From Nitrospirales bacterium (GTDB lineage: Bacteria; Nitrospirota; Nitrospiria; Nitrospirales; UBA8639): a stretch of DNA of 64,000 nucleotides. The notes below the pieces were generated by a model. It ran no database searches, was not told the origin of the DNA, and saw only the letters and a list, made by a program, of their open reading frames with translations. The stretch lies in NCBI GenBank assembly GCA_965203295.1, contig CBDBCZ010000015.1, positions 896,001 to 960,000 of the forward strand. Reading direction: 5' to 3'. Position numbers and translations under genes: made by a program. How positions within the stretch are numbered: the stretch's first letter is position 1; each line of letters opens with the position of its first letter. Below are positions 1 to 15,100 of this stretch, one piece after another.

Positions 1-428
1 GTTTGTCTCTGGCAAAGACTTTGAGCCAAAGTCACTAGCTACCATTGATCTGACCCTTCCCAACTGTTTAGAAAAAGAACTGGTTATTCAAAGGCTTGTT
101 TAGTTTGAATGATGTTAGTCAGATACAATACACGCTTAGGAAGTATCGATGTTCAAGAAAGGAACTTGTTATTCAATGGCTTTTTTAGTTTCGTTGATGT
201 TAGTCTGAAGATTAGGAAAGAAGGATTTTAATGAAAATTATTAGTTTTGTTGGTCTCTAGCAATGACTTTAAGCCAAAGTTACTAGCTACCTTTAATCTG
301 ACCCTTCCCAACTGTTTAGAAAAAGAGTTGGTTATTCAAAAGCTTGTTTAGTTTGAATGATGTTAGTCTGAAGCTTAGAAAAGAAGGATTTTATTGAAAA
401 TTGATAGTTTTGTTGGTCTCTATCAAAG

Positions 429-1797
429 TTTGATTGATGTTAGTCGGATACAATACATGCTTAGGAAGTATCGATGTTCAAGACCGAAGTAACTAGCTAC
501 CATTGATTGGGAAAGAAGGATTTTATATAAAATTGTTACTTTTGTTGGTCTCTAGCAAAGACTTCAAGCCAAAGTAACTAGCTACCATTGATCTGACCCT
601 TCTCAACTGTTTAGGAAAAGAACTTGTTATTCCAAGGCTTGTTTAGTTTGAATGATGTTAGTGAAATACAATACATCCTTAGGAAGTATCGATGTTCAAG
701 AAACGAACTGGTTATTCAAAGGCTTGTTTAGTTTAGTTGATGTTAGTCTGAAGATTAGGAACAGAGGATTTTTATTGAAAATTGTTAGTTTGTTGGTCTC
801 AGGTAAAGACTTTCAGCCAAAGTATCTAGCTACCATTGATCTGACCCCTCCCAACTGTCTTGGAAAGGAACTGGTTTATGATTCAATCATTTGTTTAGTT
901 TAAATGATGTTTGTCAGATACAATACATACATGCTTAGAAAGTAAGGGTTTTCACTAATAATTGGTACTATTTTAGCTTTATTGGTCTCAGGATACTTTC
1001 AGTCAAAACAACTAGCTACCATTGATCTGACCCTTCCCAACTGTCTAGGAAAATAATTGGTTTAAGATTTAATAGCTTGTTTAGTTTGATTGATGTTAGT
1101 CGGATACAATACATGCTTAGGAAGTATCGATGTTCAAGACCGAAGTAACTAGCTACCATTGATTGGGAAAGAAGGATTTTATATAAAATTGTTACTTTTG
1201 TTGGTCTCTAGCAAAGACTTCAAGCCAAAGTAACTAGCTACCATTGATCTGACCCTTCTCAACTGTTTAGGAAAAGAACTTGTTATTCCAAGGCTTGTTT
1301 AGTTTGAATGATGTTAGTGAAATACAATACATCCTTAGGAAGTATCGATGTTCAAGAAACGAACTGGTTATTCAAAGGCTTGTTTAGTTTAGTTGATGTT
1401 AGTCTGAAGATTAGGAACAGAGGATTTTTATTGAAAATTGTTAGTTTGTTGGTCTCAGGTAAAGACTTTCAGCCAAAGTATCTAGCTACCATTGATCTGA
1501 CCCCTCCCAACTGTCTTGGAAAGGAACTGGTTTATGATTCAATCATTTGTTTAGTTTAAATGATGTTTGTCAGATACAATACATACATGCTTAGAAAGTA
1601 AGGGTTTTCACTAATAATTGGTACTATTTTAGCTTTATTGGTCTCAGGATACTTTCAGTCAAAACAACTAGCTACCATTGATCTGACCCTTCCCAACTGT
1701 CTAGGAAAATAATTGGTTTAAGATTTAATAGCTTGTTTAGTTTGATTGATGTTAGTCGGATACAATACATGCTTAGGAAGTATCGATGTTCAAGACC
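429..1797 (+). repeat. 656-bp near-perfect tandem block duplication within satellite
   Basis: Identical ORFs at 652 and 1308 (offset 656). The rare junction TTCAAGACCGAAGTAACTAGCTACCATTGATTGGGAAAG is present in both copies. Confidence 0.9.
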
Positions 1798-4700
1798 GGA
1801 ACTGGTTATTCAAAGGCTTGTTTAGTTTGGTTGATGTTAGTCTGAAGATTAGGAAAGAAGGATTTCATTGAAAATTGTTAGATTTTTTTTTCTCTGGCAA
1901 AGACTTTAAGGCAAAGTCAGTAGCAACCATTGATCTGACCCTTCCCAACTGTTTAGAAAAAGAACTGGTTATTCAAAGGCTTGTTTAGTTTGAATGATGT
2001 TAGTCAGATACAATACACGCTTTGGAAGTATCGATGTTCAAGAAAGGAACTTGTTATTCAAGGGCTTGTTTAGTTTCGTTGATGATAGTCTGAAGATTAG
2101 GAAAGAAGGATTTTAATGAATATTATTAGTTTTGTTGGTCTCTAGCAAAGACTTTAAGCCAAAGTTACTAGCTACCTTTGATCTGACCCTTCCCAACTGT
2201 TTAGAAAAAGTGCTGGTTATTCAAAAGCTTGTTTAGTTTTAATGATGTTAGTCTGAAGATTAGGAAAGAAGGATTTCATTGAAAATTGTTTGTTTTGTTG
2301 GTCTCTAGCAAAGACTTTAAGCCAAAGTAACTAGCTACCATTTATCTGACCCTTCCCAACTGTTTAGAAAAAGAACTGGTTATTCAAAGGCCTGTTTAGT
2401 TTGAATGATGTTAGTCAGATACAATACACGCTTAGGAAGTATCAATGTTCAAGAAAGGAACTGGTTATTCAAAGGCATGTTTAGTTTGGTTGATGTTTGT
2501 CTGCAGATTAGGAAAGAAGTATTTTATAGAAAATCGTTTGTTTTGTTGGTCTCTAGCAAAGACTTTGAGCCAAAGTAACTAGCTACCATTGATCTGACTC
2601 TTCCCAACTGTTTAGGAAAAGAACCTGTTATTCAAAGGCTTGATTAGTTTTAATGATGTTAGTCGGATACAATACATGTTTAGGAAGTGTCGATGTTCAA
2701 GAAAGGAACTGGTTATTCAAAGGCTTGTTTAGTTCGGTTGATGTTAGTCTGAAGATTAGGAAAGAAGAATTTTATCGAAAATTGTTAGTTTTGTTGGTCT
2801 CAGGCAAAGACTTTCAGCAAAAGTAACTAACTACCATTGATCTGACCCTTCCTAACTGTTTAGGAAAAGAACTGGTTATTCAAAGGCTTGTTTAATTTGG
2901 TTGATGTTAGTCTGAAGATTAGGAAAGAAGTATTTTATTGAAAATTGTTAGTTTTGTTGGTCTCAGGCAAAGACTTTCAGCAAAAGTAACTAGCTACCAT
3001 TTATCTGACCCTTTCTAACTGTTTAGGAAAAGAACTGGTTATTCAAGGGCTTGTTTAGTTAGAATGATGTTAGTCTGAAGATTAGGAAAGAAGGATTTTA
3101 TTGAAAATTGTTAGTTTTGTTGGTCTCTAGCAAAGACTTTAAGCCAAAGTAACTAGCTACCATTCATCTGACCCTTCCCAACTGTTTAGAAAAAGAACTG
3201 GTTATTCAAAGGCCTGTTTAGTTTTGTTGATGTTAGCCTGTAGATTAGGAAAGAAAGATTTTATTGAAAATTGTTAGTTTTTTTGGTCTCTTGCAATGAC
3301 TTTAATTAAGCCAAAGTTACTAGCTACCATTGATCTGACCTTTCCGAACTATTTAGAAAAAGTGGTGGTTATTCAAAGGCTTGTTTTGTTTGAATGATAT
3401 TAGTCAGATACAATACATGCTTAGGAAGTATCAATGTTCAAGAAAGGAACTGGTTATTCAAAGGCTTGTTTAGTTTGGTTGATGTTAGTCTGAAGATTAG
3501 GAAAGGAGGATTTTATTGAAAATTGTTAGTTTTGTTGGTCTCTAGCAAAGACTTTAAGCCAAAGTAACTTGCTACCATTTATCTGACCCTTCCCAACTGT
3601 TTAGAAAAAGAGCTGGTTATTCAAAGGCTTGTTTTGTTTGAATGATATTAGTCAGATACAATACATGCTTAGGAAGTATCAATATTCAAGAAAGAAACTG
3701 GTTAATCAAAGGCTTGTTTAGTTTGGTTGATTTTAGTCTGAAGATTAGGAAAGAAGGATTTTATTTAAAATTGTTAGTTTTGTTGGCCTCAGGCAAAGAC
3801 TTTCAGCCAAAGTAACTGGCTACCATTGATCTGACCCTTCCCAACTGTTTAGGAAAACAACTGGTTATTCAAAGGCTTGTTTAGTTTGAATGATGTTAGT
3901 CAGATACAATACATGCTTAGGAAGTATCGATGTTCAAGAAAGGAACTGGTTATTCAAAGGCTTGTTTAGTTTGCTTGATGTTAGTCTGCAGATTAGGAAA
4001 GAAGTATTTTATAGAAAATCGTTAGTTTTGTTGGTCTCTAGCAAAGACTTTGAGCCAAAGTAACTAGCTACCATTGATCTGACCCTTCCCAACTGTTTAG
4101 GAAAACAACTGGTTATTCAAAGGCTTGTTTAGTTTGAATGATGTTAGTCAGATACAATACATGCTTAGGAAGTATCGATGTTCAAGAAAGGAACTGGTTA
4201 TTCAAAGGCTTGTTTAGTTTGCTTGATGTTAGTCTGCAGATTAGGAAAGAAGTATTTTATAGAAAATCGTTAGTTTTGTTGGTCTCTAGCAAAGACTTTG
4301 AGCCAAAGTAACTAGCTACCATTGATCTCACCCTTCCCAACTGTTTAGGAAAAGAACCTGTTATTCAAAAGCTTGATTAGTTTTAATAATGTTAGTCGGA
4401 TACAATACATGTTTAGGAAGTGTCGATGTTCAAGAAAGGAACTGGTTATTCAAAGGCTTGTTTAGTTTGGTTGAAGTTAGTAGGAAGATTAGGAAAGAAG
4501 AATTTTATCGAAAATTGTTTTTTTTGTTGGTCTCAGGCAAAGACTTTCAGCAAAAGTAACTAGCTACCATTGATCTGACCCTTCCTAACTGTTTAGGAAA
4601 AGAACTGGTTATTCAAAGGCTTGTTTAGTTTGAATGATGTTAGTCTGAAGATTAGGAAAGAAGGATTTTATTGAAAATTGTTAGTTTTTTTGGTCTCAGG

Positions 4701-7700
4701 CAAAGACTTTAAGCCAAAGTAACTTGCTACCATTTATCTGACCCTTCCCAACTGTTTAGAAAAAGAGCTGGTTATTCAAAGGCTTGTTTTGTTAGAATGA
4801 TATTAGTCAGATACAATACATGCTTAGGAAGAATCAATATTCAAGAAAGGAACTGGTTATTCAAAGGCTTGTTTAATTCGGTTGATGTTAGTCTGAAGAT
4901 TAGGAAATGAGGATTTTATTGAAAATTGCTAGTTTTGTTGGTCTCTAGCAAAGACTTTAAGCCAAAGTTACTAGCTACCATTGATCTGACCCTTCCTAAC
5001 TGTTTAAGAAAAGAACTGGTTATTCAAAGGCTTGTTTAGTTTGAATGATGTTAGTCTGAAGATTAGGAAAGAAGGATTTTATTGAAAATTGTTAGTTTTG
5101 TTGGTCTCTTGCAAAGACTTTAAGCCAAAGTAACTTGCTACCATTTATGTTACCCTTCCCAACTGTTTAGAAAAAGAGCTGGTTATTCAAAGGCTTGTTT
5201 TGTTTGAATGATATTAGTCAGATACAATACATGCTTAGGAAGTATCAATATTCAAGAAAGGAACTGGTTATTCAAAGGCTTGTTTAGTTTGGTTGATGTT
5301 AGTCTGAAGATTAGGAAAGGAGGATTTTACTGAAAATTGCTTGTTTTGTAGGTCTCTAGCAAAGACTTTAAGCCAAAGTAACTTGCTACCATTTATCTGA
5401 CCCTTCCCAACTGTTTAGAAAAAGAGCTGGTTATTCAAAAGCTTGTTTTGTTTGAATGATATTAGTCAGATACAATACATGCTTAGGAAGTATCGATGTT
5501 CAAGAAAGGAACTGGTTATTCAAAGGCTTGTTTAGTTTTCTTGATGTTAGTCTGCAGATTAGGAAAGAAGTATTTTATAGAAAATCGTTAGTTTTGTTGG
5601 TCTCTAGCAAAGACTTTGAGCCAAAGTAACTAGCTACCATTGATCTGACCCTTCCCAACTGTTTAGGAAAAGAACCTGTTATTCAAAGGCTTGATTAGTT
5701 TTAATGATGTTAGTCGGATACAATACATGTTTAGGAAGTGTCGATGTTCAAGAAAGGAACTGGTTATTCAAAGGCTTGTTTAGTTTGGTTGATGTTAGTC
5801 TGAAGATTAGGAAAGAAAAATTTTATTGAAAATTGTTAGTTTGGTTGGTCTCAGGCAAAGACTTTTAGCAAAAATAACTAGCTACCATTGATCTGACCCT
5901 TCCTAACTGTTTAGGAAAAGAACTGGTTATTCAAAGGCTTGTTTAGTTTGAATGATGTTAGTCTGAAAATTAGGAAAGAAGGATTTTATTGAAAATTGTT
6001 AGTTTTGTTGGTCTCAGGCAAAGACTTTCAGCCAAAGTAACTGGCTACCATTGATCTGACCCTTCCCAACGTTTTAGGAAAAGAACTGGTTATTCAAAGG
6101 CTTGATTAGTTTTAATGATGTTAGTCGGATACAATACATGTTTAGGAAGTGTCGATGTTCAAGAAAGGAACTGGTTATTGAAAGGCTTGTTTAGTTTGGT
6201 TGATGTTAGTCTGAACATTAGGAAAGAAGGATTTTATTGAAAATTGATATTAGTCAGATACAATACATGCTTAGGAAGTATCAATGTTCAAGAAAGGAAC
6301 TGGTTATTCAAAGGCTTGTTTAGTTTGGTTGATGTTAGTCTGTAGATTAGGAAAGAAGGATTTTATTTAAAATTGTTAGTTTTGTTGGTCTCTAGCAAAG
6401 ACTTTAAGCCAAAGTAACTTGCTACCATTTATCTGACCCTTCCCAACTGTTTAGAATAAGAGCTGGTTATTCAAAGGCCTGTTTAGTTTTGTTGATGTTA
6501 GCCTTAAGATTTGGAATGTAGGATTTTATTGCAAATTCTTAGTTTTGTTTGTCTCAGGCAAAGACTTTCAGCCAAAGTAACTGGCTACCATTTATCTGTC
6601 CCTTCCCAAATGTTTTGGAAAAGTACTGGTTATTCAAAGGCTTGTTTAGTTTGGTCAGATACAATACACGCTTAGGAAGTATCGATGTTCAAGAAAGGAA
6701 CTGATTATTCAAAGTCTTGTTTAGTTTGGTTGATGTTAGTCTGAAGATTAAGAAAGAAGGATTTTATTGAAAATTGTTAGTTTTGTTGGTCTCTTGCAAT
6801 GACTTTAATTAAGCCAAAGTTACTAGCTACCATTGATCTGACCTTTCCGAACTATTTAGAAAAAGTGCTGGTTATTCAAAGGCTTGTTTTGTTTGAATGA
6901 TATTAGTCAGACACAATACATGCTTAGGAAGTATCAATGTTCAAGAAAGGAACTGGTTATTCAAAGGCTTGTTTAGTTTTGTTGATGTTAGTCTGAAGAT
7001 TAGGAAAGGAGGATTTTATTGAAAATTGTTAGTTTTGTTGGTCTCTAGCAAAGACTTTAAGCCAAAGTAACTTGCTACCATTTATCTGACCCTTCCCAAC
7101 TGTTTAGAAAAAGAGCTGGTTATTCAAAGGCTTGTTTTGTTTGAATGATATTAGTCAGATACAATACATGCTTAAGAAGTATCAATATTCAAGAAAGGAA
7201 CTTGTTATTCAAAGGCTTGTTTAGTTTGGTTGATGTTAGTCTGAAGATTAGGAAAGAAGGATTTTATTTAAAATTGTTAGTTTTGTTGGTCTCAGGCAAA
7301 GACTTTCAGCCAAAGTAACTGGCTACCATTGATCTGACCCTTCCCAACTGTTTAGGAAAAGAACTGGTTATTCAAAGGCTTGATTAGTTTTAATGATGTT
7401 AGTCGGATACAATACATGTTTAGGAAGTGTAGATGTTCAAGAAAGGAACTGGTTATTGAAAGGCTTGTTTAGTTTTGTTGATGTTTGTTTGAAGATTAGG
7501 AAAAAAGGATTTTATTTTTAAAATTGTTAGTTTTGTTGGTCTCAGGCAAAGACTTTCAGCAAAAGTAACTAGCTACCATTGATCTGACCCTTCCTAACTG
7601 TTTAGGAAAATAACTGGTTATTCAAAGGCTTGTTTAGTTTGAATGATGTTAGTCTGAAGATTAGGAAAGAAGGATTTTATTGAAAATTGTTAGTTTTTTT

Positions 7701-10700
7701 GGTCTCTAGCAAAGACTTTAAACCAAAGTAACTAGCTACCATTTATCTGACCCTTCCCAACTGTTTAGAAAAGAACTGGTTATTCAAAGGCCTGTTTAGT
7801 TTTGTTGATGTTAGCCTGAAGATTAGGAAAGAAGGATTTTATTGAAAATTGTTAGTTTTGTTGGTCTCTTGCAATAACTTTAATTAAGCCAAAGTTACTA
7901 GCTACCATTGATCTGACCTTTCCGAACTCTTTAGAAAAAGTGATGATTATTCAAAGACTTGTTTTTTTTGAATGATATTAGTCAGATACAATACATGCTT
8001 AGGAAGTATCAATGTTCAAGAAAGGAACTGGTTATTCAAAGGCTTGTTTTGTTTGGTTGATGTTAGTCTGAAGATTAGGAAAGAAGGATTTTATTTAAAA
8101 TTGTTAGTTTTGTTGGTCTCAGGCAAAGACTTTCAGCCAAAGTAACTGACTACCATTGATCTGACCCTTCCCAACTGTTTAGGAAAACAACTGGTTATTC
8201 AAAGGCTTGTTTAGTTTTTCTTGATGTTAGTCTGCTTATTAGAAAAGAAGTATTTTATCGAAAATCGTTAGTTTTGTTGGTCTCTAGCAAAGACTTTGAG
8301 CCAAAGTAACTAGCTAACATTGATCTGACCCTTCCCAACTGTTTAGGAAAAGAACTGGTTATTCAAAGGCTTGTTTAGTTTAAATGATGTTAGTCGGATA
8401 CAATACATGCTTAGAAAGTATCGATGTTCAAGAAAGGAACTGGTTATTCAAAGGCTTGTTTAGTTTGGTTGATGTTAGTCTGCAGATTAGGAAAGAAGGA
8501 TTTTATTGAAAATTGTTAGTTTTGTTGGTCTCTAGCAAAGACTTTAAGCCAAAGTAACTAGCTACCATTGATTAGGAAAGAAGGATTTCATTGAAGATTG
8601 TTAGTTTTGTTGGTCTCTAGCAAAGACTTTAAGCCAAAGTAACTAGCTACCATTGATCTGACCCTTCCCAACTGTTTAGGAAAAGAACTTGTTATTCAAA
8701 GGCTTGTTTAGTTTGAATGATGTTAGTCAGAAGATTAGAAAAGAAGGATTTTATTGAAAATTGTTAGTTTTGTTGGTCTCTAGCAAAGACTTTAAGCCAA
8801 AGTACCATGCTACAATTTATCTGACCATGCTTAGGAAGTATCGATTTTCAAGACCGGAACTGGTTATTCAAAGGCTTGTTTAGTTTGGTTGATGTTAGTC
8901 TGAAGATTAGGAAGAAGGAGTTCATTGAAAATTGTTAGATTTTTTTGTCTCTGGCAAAGACTTTTGGCCAAAGTCACTAGCTACCATTGATCTGACCCTT
9001 CCCAACTGTTTAGGAAAAGAACTGGTTTTGCAAAGGCTTGTTTAGTTTGAATGATGTTAGTCAGATACAATACATGCTTAGGAAGTATCGATGTTCAAGA
9101 AAGGAACTGGTTATTCAAAGGCCGGTTTAGTTTGGTTGATGTTAGACTGAAGATTAGGAAAGAAGAATTTTACTCAAAATTGTTATTTTTTTCGTCTCTG
9201 GCAAAGACTTTAAGCCAAAGTAACTAGCTACCATTGATCTGACGCTTCCCAACTGTTTAGGAAACGAACTGGTTTTTCAAAGGCTAGTTTAGTTTGAATG
9301 ATGTTAGTCAAATACAATACATCCTTAGGAAGTATCGATGTTCAAGAAAGGAACTGGTTATTCAAAGGCTTGTTTTGTTTGGTTGATGTTAGTCTGCAGA
9401 TTAGAAAAGAAGGATTTTATTTAAAATTGTTAGTTTTGTTGGTCTCTAGCAAAGACTTTAAGCCAAAGTAACTAGCTACCATTGATTAGGAAAGAGGAAG
9501 TAACTAGCTACCATTTATTAGACCCTTCCGAACTGTTTAGAAAAAGAACTGGTTATTCAAAGGCCTGTTTAGTTTTGTTGATGTTAGCCTGAAGATTAGG
9601 ACAGAAGGATTTTATTGAAATTGTTAGTTTTGATGGTCTCTAGCAAAGACTTTAAGCCATAGTCACTAGCTACTATTGATCTGACCCTTCCCAACTGTTT
9701 AGAAAAAGAGCTGGTTATTCAAAGGCTAGTTTAGTTTGAATGATGTTTGTCAAATACAATAATCCTTAGGAAGTATCGATGTTCAAGAAAGGAACTGGTT
9801 ATTCAAAGGCTTTTTTAGTTTGGTTGATGTTAGTCTGCAGATTTGGAAAGAAGTATTTTATAGAAAATCGTTAGTTTTTTTTGTCTCTAGCAAAGACTTT
9901 GCGCCAAAGTAACAAGCTACCATTGACCTGACCCTTCCCAACCGTTTAGGAAAAGAACTGGTTATTCAAAGGCTTGTTTAGTTTAAATGATGTTAGTCGG
10001 ATACAATACATGCTTAGGAAGTATCGATGTTCAAGAAAGGAACTGGTTATTCAAAGGCTTGTTTAGTTTGGTTGATGTTAGTCTGCAGAGTAGGAAAGAA
10101 GGATTTTATTGAAAATTGCTAGTTTTGTTTGTCTCTAGCAATGACTTTAAGCCGAAGTAACTAGCTACCATTGATCTGACCCTTCCCAACTGTTTAGAAA
10201 AAGAACTGGTTATTCAAAGGCTTGTTTAGTTTTGTTGATGTTAGTCAAATACAATACATGCCTAGGAAGTATCGATTTTCAAGAAAGGAACTTGTTATTC
10301 AAAGGCTTGTTTAGTTTGGTTGATGTTAGTCTGAAGATTATGAAAGAAGGATTTATTGAAAATTGTTAGTTTTGTTGGTCTCAGGCAAAGACTTTAAGCC
10401 AAAGTAACTAGCTACCATTGATCTGACCCTTCCCAACTGTTTAGGAAACGAACTGGTTATTCAAAGGCTAGTTTAGTTTGAATGATGTTAGTCAAATGCA
10501 ATACATCCTTAGGAAGTATCGATGTTCAAGAAAGGAACTGGTTATTCAAAGGCTTGTTTAGTTTGGTTGATGTTAGTCTTCAGATTAGGAAAGAAGTATT
10601 TTATTAAAAAATTGTTAGTTTTGATGTTCTCTAGCTAAGACTTTAAGCCAAAGTAACTAGCTACCATTGATTAGGAAAGAAGGATTTTATTGAAAATTGT

Positions 10701-10780
10701 TAGTTTTGTTGGTCTCTAGCAAAGACTTTAAGCCAAAGTAACTAGCTACCATTGAACTGACCCTTCCCAACTGTTTTGGA

Positions 10781-12158
10781 AAAGAACTTGTTATTCAAAG
10801 GCTTGTTTAGTTTGAATGATGTTAGTGAAATACAATACATCCTTAGGAAGTATCGATGTTCAAGAAAGGAACTGGTTATTCAAAGGCTTGTTTAGTTTAG
10901 TTGATGTTAGTCTGAAGATTAGGAAAGGAGGATTTTATTGAAAATTGTTAGTTTGTTGGTCTCAGGTAAAGACTTTCAGCCAAAGTATCTAGCTACCATT
11001 GATCTGACCCATCCCAACTGTCTTGGAAAGGAAGTGGTTTATGATTCAATCATTTGTTTAGTTTAAATGATGTTTGTCAGAAACAATACATACATGCTTA
11101 GAAAGTAAGGGTTTTCACTAATAATTGGTACAATTTTAGCTTTATTGGTCTCAGGAAACTTTAAGTCAAAACAACTAGCTACCATTGATCTGACCCTTCC
11201 CAACTGTCTAGGAAAGTAATTGGTTTAAGATTTAATAGCTTGTTTAGTTTGAATGATGTTAGTCGGATACAATACATGTTTAGGAAGTATCGATGTTCAA
11301 GACCGGAACTGCATGGTTATTCAAAGGCTTGTTTAGTTTGGTTGATGTTAGTCTGAAGATTAGGAAAGAAGGATTTCATTGAAAATTGTTAGATTTGTTT
11401 GTCTCTCACAAAGACTTTAAGTCAAAGTCAGTAGCTACCATTGATCTGTCCCTTCCCAACTGTTTAGGAAAAGAACTTGTTATTCAAAGGCTTGTTTAGT
11501 TTGAATGATGTTAGTGAAATACAATACATCCTTAGGAAGTATCGATGTTCAAGAAAGGAACTGGTTATTCAAAGGCTTGTTTAGTTTAGTTGATGTTAGT
11601 CTGAAGATTAGGAAAGGAGGATTTTATTGAAAATTGTTAGTTTGTTGGTCTCAGGTAAAGACTTTCAGCCAAAGTATCTAGCTACCATTGATCTGACCCC
11701 TCCCAACTGTCTTGGAAAGGAATTGGTTTATGATTCAATCATTTGTTTAGTTTAAATGATGTTTGTCAGAAACAATACATACATGCTTAGAAAGTAAGGG
11801 TTTTCACTAATAATTGGTACAATTTTAGCTTTATTGGTCTCAGGAAACTTTAAGTCAAAACAACTAGCTACCATTGATCTGACCCTTCCCAACTGTCTAG
11901 GAAAGTAATTGGTTTAAGATTTAATAGCTTGTTTAGTTTGATTGATGTTAGTCGGATACAATACATGCTTAGGAAGTATCGATGTTCAAGACCGGAACTG
12001 CATGGTTATTCAAAGGCTTGTTTAGTTTGGTTGATGTTAGTCTGAAGATTAGGAAAGAAGGATTTCATTGAAAATTGTTAGATTTGTTTGTCTCTGGCAA
12101 AGACTTTAAGTCAAAGTCAGTAGCTACCATTGATCTGTCCCTTCCCAACTGTTTAGAA
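10781..12158 (+). repeat. 689-bp tandem block duplication within satellite
   Basis: Private marker GACCGGAACTGCATGGTTAT at 11301 and 11990 (offset 689). Boundaries approximate. Confidence 0.85.
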
Positions 12159-15100
12159 AAATAACTGGTTATTCAAAGGCTTGTTTAGTTTGAATGATGT
12201 TAGTCAGATACAATACATGCTTAGGAAGTATCGATGTTCAAGAAAGGAACTTGTTATTCAAGGGCTTGTTTAGTTTCGTTGATGTTAGTCTGCAGATTAG
12301 GAAAGAAGGATTTTAATGAAAATTATTTGTTTTGTTGGTCTCTAGCAAAGACTTTAAGCCAAAATTACTAGCTACCTTTGATCTGACCTTTCCCAACTGT
12401 TTAGAAAAAGTGCTGGTTATTCAAAAGTAACTGGCTACCATTGATCTGACCCTTCACAACTGTTTAGGAAAAGAACTTGTTATTCAAAGGCTTGTTTAGT
12501 TTGAATGATGTTAGTCAGATACAATACATGCTTAGGAAGTATCGATGTTCAAGAAAGGAACTGGTTATTCAAAGGCTTGTTTAGTTTGCTTGATGTTAGT
12601 CTGCAGATAAGGAAATAAGTATTTTATAGAAAATCGTTTGTTTTGTTGGTCTCTAGCAAAGACTTTCAGCCAAAGTAACTAGCTACCATTGATCTCACCC
12701 TTCCCAGCTGTTTAGGAAAAGAACTGGTTATTCAAAGGCTTGATTAGTTTTAATGATGTTAGTCGAATACAATACATGTTTAAGAAGTGTCGATGTTCAA
12801 GAAAGGAACTGGTTATTCAAAGGCTTGTTTAGTTTGAATGATGTTAGTCAGATACAATACATGCTTAGGAAGTATCGATGTTCAAGAAAGGAACTGGTTA
12901 TTCAAAGGCTTGTTTAGTTTGCTTGATGTTAGTCTGCAGATAAGGAAAGAAGTATTTTATAGAAAATCGTTTGTTTTGTTGGTCTCTAGCAAAGACTTTC
13001 AGCCAAAGTAACTAGCTACCATTGATCTCACCCTTCCCAGCTGTTTAGGAAAAGAACTGGTTATTCAAAGGCTTGATTAGTTTTAATGATGTTAGTCGAA
13101 TACAATACATGTTTAAGAAGTGTCGATGTTCAAGAAAGGAACTGGTTATTCAAAGGCTTGTTTAGTTTGGTTGATGTTAGTCAGAAGATTAGGAAAGAAG
13201 GATTTTATTGAAAATTGTTAGTTTTGTTGGTCTCTAGCAAAGACTTTAAGCGAAAGTAACTAGCTACCATTTATCTGACCCTTCCCAACTGTTTATAAAA
13301 AGAACTGGTTATTCAAAGGCCTGTTTAGTTTCGTTGATTTTAGCCTGAAGATTAAGAAAGAAGGATTTTATTGATAATTGTTTGTTTTGTTGGTCTCTTA
13401 CAAAGACTTTAAGCCAAAGTAACTGGCTACCATTGATCTGATCCTTCCCAACTATTTAGAAAAAGAGCTGGTTATTCAAAGGCTTGTTTTGTTTGAATGA
13501 TATTAGTCAGATACAATACATGCTTAGGAAGTATCAATGTTCAAGAAAGGAACTGGTTTTTCAAAGGCTTGTTTAGTTTGGTTGATGTTAGTCTGAAGAT
13601 TAGGAAAGAAGGATTTTATTGAAAATTGTTAGTTTTGTTGGTCTCAGGCAAATACTTTCAGCCAAAGTAACTGGCTACCATTGATCTGAACCTTCCCAAC
13701 TGTTTAGGAAAGGAACTTGTTATTCAAAGGCTTGTTTAGTTTGAATGATGTTAGTCAGATACAATAAATGCTTAGGAAGTATCGATGTTCAAGAAAGAAA
13801 CTGGTTATTTAAAGGCTTGTTTAGTTTGGTTGATGTTAGTCTGAAGATTAGGAAAGAAGAATTTTATTGAAAATTGTTAGTTTTGTTGGTCTCAGGCAAA
13901 GACTTTCAGCAAAAGTAACTAACTACCATTGATCTGACCCTTCCTAACTGTTTAGGAAAAAACTGGTTATTCAAAGGCTTGTTTAGTTTGAATGATATTA
14001 GTCTGAAGATTAGGAAAGAAGGATTTTATTGAAAATTGTTGGTTTTGTTGGTCTCAGACAAAGACTTTCAGCCAAAGTAATTGGCTACCATTGATCTGAC
14101 CCTTCCCAACTGTTTAGGAAAAGAACTGGTTATTCAAAGGCTTGATTAGTTTTAATGATGTTAGTCGGATACAATACATGTTTAGGAAGTGTCGAGTTTC
14201 AAGAAAGAAACTGGTTATTCAAAGGCTTGTTTAGTTTGGTTGATGTTAGTCTGAAGATTAGGAAAGAAGAATTTTATAGAAAATTGTTAGTTTTGTTGGT
14301 CTCAGGCAAAGACTTTCAGCAAAAGTAACTAACTACCATTGATCTGACCCTTCCTAACTGTTTAGGAAAAAACTGGTTATTCAAAGGCTTGTTTAGTTTG
14401 AATGATGTTAGTCTGAAGATTAGGAAAGAAGGATTTTATTGAAAATTGTTGGTTTTGTTTGTCTCAGACAAAGACTTTCAGCCAAAGTAATTGGCTACCA
14501 TTGATCTGACCCTTCCCAACTGTTTAGGAAAAGAACTGGTTATTCAAAGGCTTGATTAGTTTTAATGATGTTAGTCGGATACAATACATTTTTAGGAAGT
14601 GTCGATGTTCAAGAAAGGAACTTGTTATTGAAAGGCTTGTTTAGTTTGGTTGATGTTAGTCTGAAGATTAGGAAAGAAGGATTTTATTGAAAATTGTTAG
14701 TTTTGTTGGTCTCAGGCAAAGACTTTCAGCAAAAGTAACTAGCTACCATTGATCTGACCTTTCCCAACTTTTTAGAAAAAGAACTGGTTATTCAAAGGCC
14801 TGTTTAGTTTTGCTGATGTTAGCCTGAAGATTAGGAAAGAAGGATTTTATTGAAAATTGTTAGTTTTGTTGGTCTCTTGCAATGACTTTAATTAAGCCAA
14901 AGTTACTAGCTACCATTGATCTGACCTTTCCGAACTCTTTAGAAAAAGTGCTGGTTATTCAAAGTCTTGTTTTGTTTGAATGATATTATTCAGATACAAT
15001 ACATGCTTAGGAAGTATCGATGTTCAAGAAAGGAACTTTTTATTCAAGGGCTTGTTTAGTTTCGTTGATGTTAGTCTGAAGATTAGGAAAGAAGGATTTT